From Chiloscyllium plagiosum (taxonomy: Eukaryota), in the NCBI RefSeq assembly GCF_004010195.1, contig NC_057719.1, positions 61,734,467-61,798,466 of the forward strand: a stretch of DNA of 64,000 bases. Reading direction: 5' to 3'. Under the pieces are notes generated by a model. That model did not search any database. It saw only the letters and a program-made list of their open reading frames with translations, and was not told where the DNA came from. Below are positions 1-11,991 of this stretch, in pieces; position 1 is the first letter of the stretch; each line of letters starts with the position of its first letter. The position numbers and the translations under genes are program-made.

Positions 1-2
1 AG

Positions 3-222
3 TTATTGTATCTACCGAGAAACTCTTTAAAGTTTCATATTTCTCTCTTTCTTCAATATCTTCTTAAAAACAAGCCTTTAATCACCCATCAAAATATCTT
101 TCTTTCACTCTGTCAACCTTTTTCTGTTATTGATGCTGTGAAATGTCTTGCAAGACTTTCCTCCGATAAACCTGCTGTAATTATTGTATCTACCGAGAAA
201 CTCTTTAAAGTTTCATATTTCT
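3..222 (+). repeat. 42-bp exact direct repeat (3-44 and 181-222)
   Basis: TTATTGTATCTACCGAGAAACTCTTTAAAGTTTCATATTTCT occurs twice, 178 bp apart. Confidence 0.9.
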
Positions 223-939
223 GTCCTTTGTTTCCATTCTACACTTCCCATGTATTCACCAATATGTAAATTATTTCTGTGTTTGGATAGTTGAAAGTTT
301 AGAAGGCAATATCCCTCTAGCCTTCAGCATTGATTAATCAATACCTCTTATAGATCTTTTCCATGTAGTTAGTATTGCAATAGCTAATTTTATTCAGGAA
401 TTAAACAAAAATATGTGGATGTAGCAATGAAAGTAATGAATAAAGTAGCACAATCTGTTGAAGCAATGGGCAAAATTTAACAGGGTGACAGCCAGCTCAC
501 CTCCCACCAGAAAGAAACTCAGTGGTCAATGAACTGATGAACAGAGGTATCCAATGAAAATGAAAAAAAACATAATACTATTTTGAATGCCACTTTGATT
601 TCTTTTCTGAGCTGCTTCTAGCAGTCTCCAGGACATTCCTCGAGGGTTGACAGACTGAGATAACATGGAGCTGACTAGCGAGTTTCGAGAAGATTTGTAG
701 CTTAGGTTGAGATTCTGGATATAGGTTTGCTCGCTGAGCTAGAAAGTTCAGGATGTAGTTGACTGATCAGTGGGTGAAAGATGGAAGCTTGGAGCACACT
801 GGAGCTGATTGGCACAGGAAGTAAGAAAAGACAAGTGTGCTGACAATATCAAGAAAGATCAGTGTGGAACCATGGCAGAAACAGGTTGGAATAGTTAATT
901 GTGAACTAAAGGTTACAGGACAGTTGAAGAGAATAAGAT

Positions 940-1240
940 TAATAGACAATAGGTGCAGGAGTAGGCCATTCTGCCCTTCGAGCCTGCACCACTATTCAAT
1001 ATGATCATGGTTGATCATCCTTAATCAGTATCCTGTTCCTGCCTTATCTCCATAACCCTTGATTCCACTATCCTTGAGAGCTCTATCCAACTCTTTCTTA
1101 AATGAATCCAGAGATCGGGCCTCCACTGCCCTCTGGGGCAGAGCATTCCACACAGCCACCACTCTCTGGATAAAGACGTTTCTCCTCATCTCTGTCCTAA
1201 TGGTCTACCCCGTATTTTAAAGCTGTGTCCTCTGGTTCGG
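940..1240 (-). mobile_element. CR1 LINE 3' end fragment
   Basis: Reverse complement resembles the ORF2 C-terminus/3' UTR (GGGCAGAATGGCCTACTCCTGCACCTATTGTCTATTG tail) of other CR1 ends in the window. Confidence 0.8.
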
Positions 1241-1299
1241 AGGTGATCATTTTGACAATCAACAAGAATGGTTACATTGTTAGGTATTTTCGCTGCAGT

Positions 1300-1900
1300 G
1301 GTATTTTACTGCTGGAATAACTCAAGGGGAATACCCACTGTGGTTAGTCCAAAATGCTAATTGACACAACACCCTTCCAAAGACAAAGGGCTGAAACTTA
1401 TGTTTTTTTGGCGAAGTCCAAGTTGAGTCCAGTTTTTTGGAGAGTTTTTCATCAGGTCTTCCCTTGTCATATCTTAAAAAACTCGCCAAATAAATTATCA
1501 ACTGTGTCAGTATGGTGTCTCTCACCTCTGATTCCAGCCCAATCTAACCAGAATAATTCACCACTCGGTGGTCATCTACCAGAAGACCAGCCTCTTTTGC
1601 ATCCACACCATCTTTGAAGAGCCACGATGCACCCGGACAAGAGTTGATATTTCAGTTTTCCCACCATCCGCAATGTCATGTCACATAGTCAAGAAGTTAC
1701 ATTTCCCCTGGCTGACACTCCTACCACATCTTCTCACCCGAGTCACAGTTTAATTACCACACCACACACTTTACCTGTCAAAGCATTATCCAATCTGATC
1801 ATCTTCTCTAAGTCAATGGTACCCTGTCACCAGTCCCCTGTAGACCTTGGTGAAAATTGTCCACTGGGGAGCATCTCATCCACCCAAACAATTGGGACAA
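1300..1900 (-). mobile_element. Highly decayed non-LTR RT relic, possibly RTE clade
   Basis: Minus-strand fragments VDEML..FSPRSTGD, IDLEK, VRVHRGSS and LLVDD loosely follow the order of RT motifs (GRSTTD, DLEKAFD, GVHQGS, YADD). Confidence 0.35.
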
Positions 1901-2059
1901 TTTCAAACTTGAGCTTTTATTTGCAGAAAGCAAAGGGAACACAAGCAAAACCAATAGAGGCTGCATTTTGCCCTAACGATAAAAAACAGATTTTTGTCTC
2001 ATGACCAAAGAATATTTCACATTCCGTGATTGACTGCTGCACGCAGCTGGCATTTTTTG

Positions 2060-3530
2060 ACTGGGTGTCAATGAGGTTCTGTCTTGCTTGTAGCATATAT
2101 GCTGACAGTTGAGCTCTGTCATGTACAACATCAGCTTCCTCCATCGCAATATACTCATCTTCCACCTTCTCCTACTCTGGAGACTGCTCTACTCTCCCTG
2201 TTCCTCAGCATTCAGCACAACTCTCACTGCCTGCACCAACTGTGCAGAGCACAGCACACCAGCACACTCTGTCTGTACTATACTGGGGGAAACCTCCCCA
2301 ACCCAGTTCAAGCAGTGCAACCACATCGTCAGTGGACCCATCGGCTGTATCCATCATAACACCTAGTTGAGGTCTTGGCAACACTGTATCCTAACTCCAC
2401 ATCAGTCAGGAGATTAAACAATGTTGTCATGAGCCAATGTCACAGTTACTCGTGTCAGCAATCAGCCTTGTAAGGCTCCGGGACCCTCAAACTCACCCTG
2501 GTGGACAAGACTGCTACAGGATGGAGGGATAATGGCAGCTGCAAGGATAGTGGGCACACACCTCCAGGAAGTAATAATTATGCTCGCAGAGCCCTGAACA
2601 TTAATAAAATGGAACCACTTCCCATTGATGAATTCGGCAGCATTGTAATATGGCCCTCTCAGTGTCAAGATTCGTGTGATGCTGGAAAAGCACAGCAGGC
2701 CAGGCAGCAGGAAAATCGACCTTTTGGGCAAAAGCACTTCATCAGGAATGAGGCAGGGAGCCTCCAGGGTGGAGAGATAAATGGGAGAGGGGTAGGGCTG
2801 GGAGAAGGTAGCACAGAGTACAATAGGTGGATGGAGGTGGGGATGAAGGTAATAGGTCAGAGAGGAGAGTGGACCCCAGAGGAAGATTAGTATGTAGGAC
2901 AGGTCATGAGGATGGTGTTGAGCTGACAGGTTGGAACTGGGGTAAGGTGGAGGGAGGGGAAATGAGGAAACTGGTGAAGTCCACATTGATGCCCTGGGGT
3001 TGAAGTGTGCCGAGGCGGAAGATGAGGCATTCTTCCTCCAGGTATTGAGTGGTGAGGGAGTGGCAGTGGAGGAGGCCCAGGACCTGCATGTCCTCGGCTG
3101 ATCTCCAGCATCTGCAGTCCTCATTTTCGCCATGGCCCTCTCAATGCCATGTATGAATAGTCGAAGTTCCCTGGGGGAAGCCAGCTTTGGTCCTGAATCC
3201 TACTGCCCAGGCTGCAGCACTGACCTTGTGGTCATGGGGGAGCAATATGAACCAGTGTTCATTTTCTACAGATGGCATCAGTCACTGTCCTGATGTATTT
3301 GAGACTGAGAGTGCCTACCAAGGTTTACCATCACTCCCTGAAATGAGTCAGTTGCACAGCAGTTCAAAATGGCTGCCACCTTCACAGCGACTGGGAAGGG
3401 ATGGTCTCCCATTGCTGCAGCCCTCAAAGCCCACTCCAGGATCTGGCACAGTTGCCTCTCTCTGTCCTGGGACATATGGAACCAATCTTAACACTGGCTT
3501 TGATTCAGCATGATCCAAGGAGAGAATGTG
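2060..3530 (-). pseudogene. Decayed PIF/Harbinger (HARBI1-like) transposase, split by a Penelope insertion
   Basis: Motifs in the correct order on the minus strand: PVAVKVAAILNCCATDSFQG (3278-3475), FINGKWFHFINVQ (~2590-2640), WLMT..ELGYSVAKTSTR (~2365-2440), then an acidic tail with ARQNLI (~2065-2165). Stops and frameshifts present. Confidence 0.8.
2668..3131 (-). mobile_element. Penelope-like element 3' fragment with short inverted terminal piece
   Basis: GIY-YIG C-terminus (LEEECLIFRLGTLQPQGINVDF) plus terminal repeat; 3099-3128 is in the opposite orientation; flanked by a degenerate 18-bp duplication. Confidence 0.85.
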
Positions 3531-4569
3531 GTGTTCATTTCAAGCATTTCCTTTCCTATTAAAAAACGTAATTGCCACCACCTCCAGATTTGTACAGCAG
3601 CCTCATCTAATGTTCCTTTTGAGTTCAGTTTGAAGATTGGACATCATTAGCATTCATCTATGTCAGCAATGTGTTCCAGAATAAATGTCAAAAATATTAG
3701 CTTTTTGAAAAAATGGGAGGCTCATTGACAAATATATCTCAAAGAAGCTAATTACACAATGACATTGGCATCACCTCATGAAGATTACAATTGCTTTCCA
3801 AGTATAATGACAGTCACCAGAATCTGAGAACTTAATGAACAGGAAACAAAAATAATCTACAGGTCATTCTGTTATAACACGTGTCTCTTCAATACAAATG
3901 TGCTGTAATGCGATTGACAAATTGCGGACATTGTTTCTAAAGCGTGAACTTTTAAAATGTATTGTTGGCTGTTACACAATTACATTGCCAACACTTTAAG
4001 CACTGTTTCTAAAGCACATTTTTTCTATAATGCACAAGAATATGCCCATTGTGTTATAAAAGAACTACCTGTCCAGCAAACCCAATTCTCAGTAGCTTTG
4101 ACATTTTTAATACTGGAGGACGAGAGTACTTGTAGAAAAGCATGAACTCCTTATTCTAGTTACATAAATAAACGACTTGATTTAGAATGAAGTCAATTTT
4201 TTGAAAAATGTGCTCATTTATTAATAAGAAAAGCCAACTTACTTCGACAACTTGTATGTTTATGTATTTGAGAGTGTGAAACATGAAAAAAAGATGATGA
4301 CCAATGTGTCATTAACAGATTTCTAATGTTGTGAATTGGGTGTAAGTCAAAATTTGGTGCAGACATGGAAGATGTGTGACTTTCAATTCTATTTGCAATA
4401 TCTTCCGATGTGTCTTTCTTCTGTCTCTAATTTAGGAAACTGTAACTTGTTCCTACTTTATTTAGTAACAAGTTAGATAGACCAACTAATAAACAAAACT
4501 AAAATACTCAATCTAAAAGATAACTAATTACTTAACAAAACAAAACAATACTTAACAACATTGGACAGA

Positions 4570-5870
4570 CGAAGCAGCACATATGTTGTGTCATTCCTGT
4601 AGCATCTGGGAGTTCAGAACAGGACAGAATAATTGTTGCGAAGTGACCAGATTTGGAAACTGAACATTCGGGGAAGTAACTTCTTGAAGAGGAAGATAAA
4701 ATAGGAAAGGAGAAGAGATATCCCTGATAATAAGATTGTAGAGAGGAAGGATTTTAGCTCAGAAAAAGCAAGAAGTAGAAGCAGGTTGGGCAGGGCCAGG
4801 AAACAGTGAGATGCAGTGAATATTAATGAGAGTTGGTTATCATCCCCCTACAATAGTCATAATGTACAGGAAATCAGAACAGCTTGTATCAAGAGCCACA
4901 AAACAATCATAGGAGACCTTAATCTTCATATAAACTGGATGGACTGCATTTTGAGTTCATGGAATGTACACAAGATGGTTTTCTACATCAGCATGTTGAG
5001 GAATCAATAATAAAACAGGTTATTGTGGAGCTAGTCTTCTACAAGAGGTATGCTTTGGCAAATAACCTCATAATGTCAGTGCAGGGGATCTGGGTGATTT
5101 CATGCATGAGTCACAGAAAACTAATATGCTAGTACAGTAGGTAATCAGGAGGGCAAATGGAATTTCAGCATTTATTGCAAAAGGAATAGAATATAAAAGT
5201 ACAGAAATGTTGATACAACTGTACAAAGCATTGGTGAAACCACATCAGGGCTATTGTGTCCAACTTTGGTCTCCTTACTTGAGGAAGGATGCAGTTGCAA
5301 TGGAGGAAGTTCAGAGAAAGTTTGCTATGTTTGTTCCAGAGATGAAAGGCTTGTCTTATAAGGAGAGATTGAACAGTTTAGACCTATACCCTGCTAGAGT
5401 TTAAAAGATTAAGAGAAGAAAATTAATTGAAGTATATCGATACTTGTAATCAACGTGCTTAGGAATGCCTCTGGAGCAGGTGAGACTTGAACCCAGGCCT
5501 TCTGGCTCAGTGGAAAGGAAACTGTCACTGCACTACAAGAGCCACAATGACATATTTAAGATGCTAACAGGAATTGATGTAGAGCGGATGTTTCCCCTTG
5601 TGGGAAACAGTTTGTCACAGTTTTAGGTTAAGGGATGGCAGAGTTGTGAACCTATGGAATTCACTAATCCAGGGTACTCTGGATGTAGGGTTATTGAATA
5701 ATTTTAAGGAGGAGATATAGAGTATTAATTAGTAACAGACTAAAGGATTATCAAGGACAAGCAGGACTGACTGTCTCCAGGAAGGTGGAGTCAAGGCCAA
5801 GAGGAGATAAGCCATGATCATTTAAATGGAGGATGGGCTGAATGCTGATTCCTGCTCCGAGTTCATAGCA
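4570..5870 (+). mobile_element. Old, internally deleted CR1 LINE
   Basis: EN-like IIGDLNLHINW, RT C-terminal LYKALVKPH..YCVQLWSPYLRKD, and CR1-type 3' end near 5835-5870. Confidence 0.75.
5440..5546 (-). mobile_element. Short tRNA-derived SINE-like insert within CR1
   Basis: Minus strand carries a B-box-like GGTTCAAGTC; related copies at ~47240-47420. Confidence 0.5.
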
Positions 5871-6350
5871 TGAAAGAAATATCCTGCATCTGTCTTCACA
5901 ACAAAAAAAAATTCTGGAAATGATAGGGAACCCAAAATGTGGTGAAAGTGAGGAATGTAAAGAAATCAGTACAGGTAAAGTAACAGTAATGGAGAAATTA
6001 ATGGGACTTAAATAGAGGAGAAGGCTTCTGGGTAATCCAGGATGGAGGATGGGAAAAATTTCTGGCTGTAACAGGCTGCTCCTTTTTTGAGGCATGTTAG
6101 GTGTTGGAGGTGATTTCCTCAAATTCCAGGGGCAGCAATTACTGTTTTATATGCTATTGCAATGTTTTGGAACTTGGAGAAAAATCTTTGCAGCTATTTT
6201 CTGGGTCTGGAGATTGAAAGATGCAAAAATGGCTGTTAGAAGAGTGACGTGCTCTTCTTGTCGGATTTGGGAATTCAGGGAGAATTAAAACAGCAGCACT
6301 TTTCAAAGGGAGAGGAACAGACAAATAAAGCACATGGTGAGGTCAGTGCA

Positions 6351-6377
6351 GGAGAGAGAGAGAGAGAGAGAGAGAGA
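6351..6377 (+). repeat. (GA)n microsatellite
   Basis: Directly visible. Confidence 0.9.
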
Positions 6378-6777
6378 AAGAAACCCACACTGCTAACTGA
6401 GACAGCAGTGAACCTGCACAGTTACTGCCTTTGTTGTTTGAATTCATGTATCGCTGGACATTGTAGTGCATCTGGGAAAATTAACAAAGAGTGAAATTCA
6501 CAACTAATCTTGGAGGAACCTGTTTGGGAGAGGTCACAGCACAGAAACAGATAAGTGAATAAATGAATATTTTAAGTGTGATCTTACAGTAAGTCTGCAG
6601 TAGTGAGTAGAGTGGGTTCTTGTCAAAAAAGTAGATATGTCTCTTGATTAAACTTAAAAATATAAGCCATAAATAATAATTTAACCTGGAGCAGTGTCTG
6701 TAGAGGAATAAGATGGAGCTATTTTCTGGATCTGGAGATTGAAAGAAGCAAAAATCGGCTTTAGTAGAGTGATGTGC

Positions 6778-8410
6778 ATTTACTATAAACTGACCGACTC
6801 TCACAGCTACCTAGATTACACCTCCTCCCACCCTGCCCCCTGTAAAAATGCCATCCCATATTCCCAAATCCTTCGCCTCCACCGCGTCTGCTCCCAGGAG
6901 GACTAATTCCAATACAGGACCAATTCCTTCTTCAAAGACCACAATTTCCCCTCAGACGTGGTTGACGATGCTCTCCACTGCATCTCCTCCACTTCCTGCT
7001 CCTCCGCCCTTGAACCCCGCCCCTTCAATTGCCACCAGGACAGAACCCCACTGGTCCTCACCTACCACCCCACCAACCTCCAGATACATCGTATCATCCT
7101 TCGTCATTTCCGCCACCTCCAAACAGACCCCACCACCAAGGATATATTTCCCTCCCCTCCTCATCAGCGTTCTGGAAAGACCACTCCCTCCGCGACCCCC
7201 TCGTNNNNNNNNNNNNNNNNNNNNNNNNNNNNNNNNNNNNNNNNNNNNNNNNNNNNNNNNNNNNNNNNNNNNNNNNNNNNNNNNNNNNNNNNNNNNNNNN
7301 NNNNNNNNNNNNNNNNNNNNNNNNNNNNNNNNNNNNNNNNNNNNNNNNNNNNNNNNNNNNNNNNNNNNNNNNNNNNNNNNNNNNNNNNNNNNNNNNNNNN
7401 NNNNNNNNNNNNNNNNNNNNNNNNNNNNNNNNNNNNNNNNNNNNNNNNNNNNNNNNNNNNNNNNNNNNNNNNNNNNNNNNNNNNNNNNNNNNNNNNNNNN
7501 NNNNNNNNNNNNNNNNNNNNNNNNNNNNNNNNNNNNNNNNNNNNNNNNNNNNNNNNNNNNNNNNNNNNNNNNNNNNNNNNNNNNNNNNNNNNNNNNNNNN
7601 NNNNNNNNNNNNNNNNNNNNNNNNNNNNNNNNNNNNNNNNNNNNNNNNNNNNNNNNNNNNNNNNNNNNNNNNNNNNNNNNNNNNNNNNNNNNNNNNNNNN
7701 NNNNNNNNNNNNNNNNNNNNNNNNNNNNNNNNNNNNNNNNNNNNNNNNNNNNNNNNNNNNNNNNNNNNNNNNNNNNNNNNNNNNNNNNNNNNNNNNNNNN
7801 NNNNNNNNNNNNNNNNNNNNNNNNNNNNNNNNNNNNNNNNNNNNNNNNNNNNNNNNNNNNNNNNNNNNNNNNNNNNNNNNNNNNNNNNNNNNNNNNNNNN
7901 NNNNNNNNNNNNNNNNNNNNNNNNNNNNNNNNNNNNNNNNNTTCTTGACCTGCAATCTTCTTCCCGACCTCTCCGCCCCCACCCCCTCTCCGGCCTATCA
8001 CCCTCACCTTAACCTCCTTCCACCTATCGCATTCCCAACGCCTCTCCCCCAAGTCCCTCCTCCCTACCTTTTATCTTAGCCTGCTTTGCACACCCTCCTC
8101 ATTCCTGAAGAAGGCCTCATGCCCGAAACGTCGTTTCTCCTGCTCCTTTGATGCTGCCTGACCTTCTGCACTTTTCCAGCAACACATTTTTCAAGCCTCT
8201 CTAGAAAGATACTTGCTAAACTTGGTGTATTATTTATCAACAGGGTCATTCTGACTCTCAAGTACTGCTGGGATCACCACATGGTAGTTTCAATCTTATT
8301 TTTGCTAAATAAAACTTTTACAAACATGAACAAAATTCATCGTCGATTCTCCTGCTCCTTGGATGCTGCCTGTCCTGCTGCGCTTTTCCAGCAACACATT
8401 TTTCAGCTCT
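6778..8410 (+). mobile_element. Penelope-like element (RT C-terminal region to terminal repeat; contains a gap, a filler segment and a second tail)
   Basis: YYKLTDSHSYLDY..SHP..CKNAIPYSQILRL and PLVLTYHP motifs; terminal repeat with hammerhead-like motif at 8105-8132; TGATGTGC duplicated at 6770-6777 and 8410-8417. Confidence 0.88.
7205..7941. other. Assembly gap (N run)
   Basis: Run of N. Confidence 1.
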
Positions 8411-11400
8411 GATGTGCTCTTCTTGTCGGATGTGGGAGTTTAGGGAGAGTTTACAGATTACTGAGGATTATATTTGCAATAAATGCCGTTGGTTGCGAAT
8501 CCTATCAGATCAAATGGATTGGTTGGAAAGACAGTTAGCGGCAATGAGTAAAGGAATGCGATGGATGGCAGTGACAAGAAGGGAGAAAAGTTGCAGATAC
8601 AGTCACATCGATGGGCTAACACCAGGAAAGGTAATAGAGATAGGCAGGTAGTGCAGAAGTCTTCTGTGGCTATCCCTATTTCAAACAGGTAAGCTGTTTT
8701 GGAAAAGCTAGGTGGGTAATGGATTCTCAGGGGAACATAGCACAGGTTTCTGGTATTGGGCCTGGCTCAAATACAATGAGGGTTATGTCAAGTTCCAAGA
8801 AATCGATTGTGTTAGAGGATTCTCTAGTCTGAGGTGCAGGCAGACGTTTCTGTGGCCAGCAGCGAAAAATCAGAATGGTGTGTTGCCTCCCTGATGCCAG
8901 GATCAAAGATGCCTCAGAGAGGGTGCAGAATGTTCTCAAGGGGGAGAAGGGCCAGCAGGAGGTCATTGTACACACTGGAACCAATGACATAGGAAGGGAA
9001 AGGTTGAGATTCTGAAGGGAGATTACAGAGAATTAGGCAGGAATTTGAAAAGGAGGTCCTTGATAGTAGTAATATCTGGATTACTCCCAGTGCTTCAAGT
9101 TAGTGAGAGCAGGAATGGGAGGATAGAGCAGATGAATGCATGGCTGAAGAGCTGGTGTATGGGAGAAGGATTCACATTTTTGGATCATTGGAATCTCTTC
9201 TGGTGTAGAAGTGACCTGTACAAGAAGGACAGATTGCACCTAAATTGGAAGGGGACAATATACTGGCAGGGAGATTTGCTAGAGCTGCTCAGGAGGATTT
9301 AAACTAGTAAGGTGAGGGGGGCGGGGGGGGGGGGGGGGGGGATGAGGGAGTTAGTGAGGAAAGAGATCAATCTGAGCCAGGCACAGTTGAGAACAGAAAC
9401 GAGTCAAACTGTCAGGGCAGGCAGGGACAAAGCAGAGAACAAGGCAGGACTGATAAATTAAACTGCATTTATTTCAAAGCAAGGGGCCTAACAGGGAAGG
9501 CAGAGGAACTCAGGGCATAGTTAGGAACATGGGACTCGGATATCTTAGCAATTACAGAAACATGGCTCAGGGATGGGCAGGACTGGCAGTTTAATGTTCA
9601 AGGATACAAATGCTACAGGAAGGACAGAAAGGGAGGCAGGAGAGGACGAGGAGTGGCACTTTTGATAAAGGATAGCATTAAGGGACAGCTGTATTTAGAG
9701 AGGATATTCCTGGAAATACATCCAGGGACGTTATTTGGGTGGCACTGAGAAATAAGAAAGGGATAATCACCTTATTGGGATTGTATTATAGACCCCCTAA
9801 TAGTCAGAGGAAAATTGAGAAGCAGATTTGTAAGGAAGTCTCAGTTATTTGTAAGAATAATAGGGTGCTTATGGTAGGGGATTTTAACTTTCCAAACATA
9901 GATTGGGACTGCCATAGTGTTAAGGGTTTCGATGAAGAGGAATTTGTTAAGTATGTCCAAGAACACTTTCTGATTTAGTATGTGGATGTACCCACTGGAG
10001 AAGGTGCAAAACTTGACCTCCACTTGGGAAATAAGGCAGGGCACGTGACTGAGGTGTCAGTGGGGGAGCACTTTGGGGCCAGAGACCATAATTATAATAC
10101 TTTTAAAATAGTGATGGAAAAAGATAGACCAGATCTAAATTGAAGTTCTAAATTAGGGAAAGGCCAATTATGCGAGAACTTTCAAAAGCCTATTGGGGCA
10201 GATGTTTGCAGAGAAAGGGAAGGCTGGAAAATGAGAAGCCTTCAGAAATGAGATAATGAGAGTCCAGAGACATAATATTCTCTTTAGGGTGAAAGGAAAG
10301 GCTGGTAGGTGTAGGGAATGCTGGATGAAGAAAAAGAAAGAAGCATATGTCAGGTATAGACAGGATAGATCGAGTGAATCCTTAGAAGAGTATAAAGGCA
10401 ATAGGAGTATACTTAAGAGGGCAGATTTGTATCAGGAGGGCAAAAAGGGGGACATAAGATACCTTTGGCAAATAGAGTTAAGGACACTCCAAAGGGTTTT
10501 TACAAATACATCAAGGACAAAAGGGTAACTAGGGAGAGAATAGAGCCTCTCAAAGATCAGCAAGGCAGCCTTTGTGTGGAGCCGCAGGAGATGGGAAGAT
10601 ACTAAATGAGTATTTTGCATCAGTATTTACTGTGGAGAAGGACATGAAATATATAGAATGTAGGGAAAGAGATGGTAACATCTTGAAAAATGTCCATACA
10701 ACAGAGGAGGAAGTGCTGGTTGTCTTGAAACACATAAAAGTGGATACGTCCCCAGGACCTGATTAGGTGTACCCTACAACTCTGCTGGAAGCTAGATAAG
10801 TGATTACTGGGCCTCTTACTGAGATATTTGTATCATCAATAGTTACACATGAGGTGCCAGAAAACTGCATATTGGCTAACGTGGTGCCACTGTTTAAAAA
10901 AGGTGGTAAGGACAAGCCAGGGAACTATAGACCAGTGAGCCTGACATCAGTGGTGGGCAAATTGTTGGAAGGAATCCTGAGGGACAGGATGTACATGTAT
11001 TTGGAAAGGCAAGGACTGATTAGGGATAGTCAACATGGCTGTGTGCGTGGGAAACCATGTCTCACAAACTTAATTGAGTTTTTTGAAGAAGTAACAAAGA
11101 AGATTGATGAGGGCAGAGCGGTAGATGTGATCTATATGGACTTCAGTAAGGCGTTTGACAAGGTTCCCCATGAGAGACTGGTTAGCAAGGTTAGATCTGA
11201 TGGATTACAGGGAGAACTAGCCATTTGGATACAGAACTGGGTCAAAGTAGAAGACAGAGGGTGGTGGTGGAAGGTTGTTTTTCAGACTGGAGGCCTGTGA
11301 CCAGTGGAGTGCCACAAGGATCAATGCTGGGTCCACTACTTTTCATCATTTATACAACTGATTTGGATGTGAGCATAAGAGGTACAGTTAATAAGTTTGC

Positions 11401-11991
11401 AGATGACACCAAAATTGGAGGTGTAGTGGACAGCGAAGAAGGTTACCTCAGATTGCAACGGGATCTGGACCAGATTGGCCAATGGGCTGAGAAGTGGCAG
11501 GTGGAGTTTAATTTAGATAAATGTGTGGTGCTGTATTTTGGGAAAGCAAATCTTAGCAGGACTTGTACACTTAATGGTAAGGTCCTAGGGAGCGTTGCTG
11601 AACAAAGAGACCTTGGAGTGCAGGTTCATAGCTCCTTGAACGTGGAGTCACAGGTAGATAGAATAGTGAAGAAGGCGTTTGGTGTACTTTCCTTTAATGG
11701 TGAGAGCATTGAGTACAGGAGATGGGAGGTCATGTTGCAGCTGTACAGGACATTGGTAAGGCCACTGTTGGAATATTGCATGCAATTCTGGTCTCCTTCC
11801 TATCGGAAGGATGTTGTGAAACATGAAAGGGTTCAGAAAAGATCGACACGGATGTTGCCAGGGTTGAAGGATTTCAGGTATAGGAAGAGCTTGAATAAAC
11901 TGGGGCTGTTTTTCCGGAGTGTCGGAGGCTGAGGGATAACTTTATAGAAGTTTACAAAATGATGAGGGGCATGGATAGGATAAATAGACAG

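Noticed and set aside
2060..3530. Host HARBI1 gene
   Set aside because: Multiple stops and frameshifts, a retroelement insertion and no splice structure.
6848..8079. Long 270-370 aa ORFs in the ORF track
   Set aside because: Their length comes from the N run at 7205-7941; flanks are Penelope sequence.
9312..9342. Poly-G run as a functional G-quadruplex
   Set aside because: It is an expanded G tract at the CR1 ORF1/ORF2 spacer (shorter in the 52100 copy); homopolymer length is unreliable.
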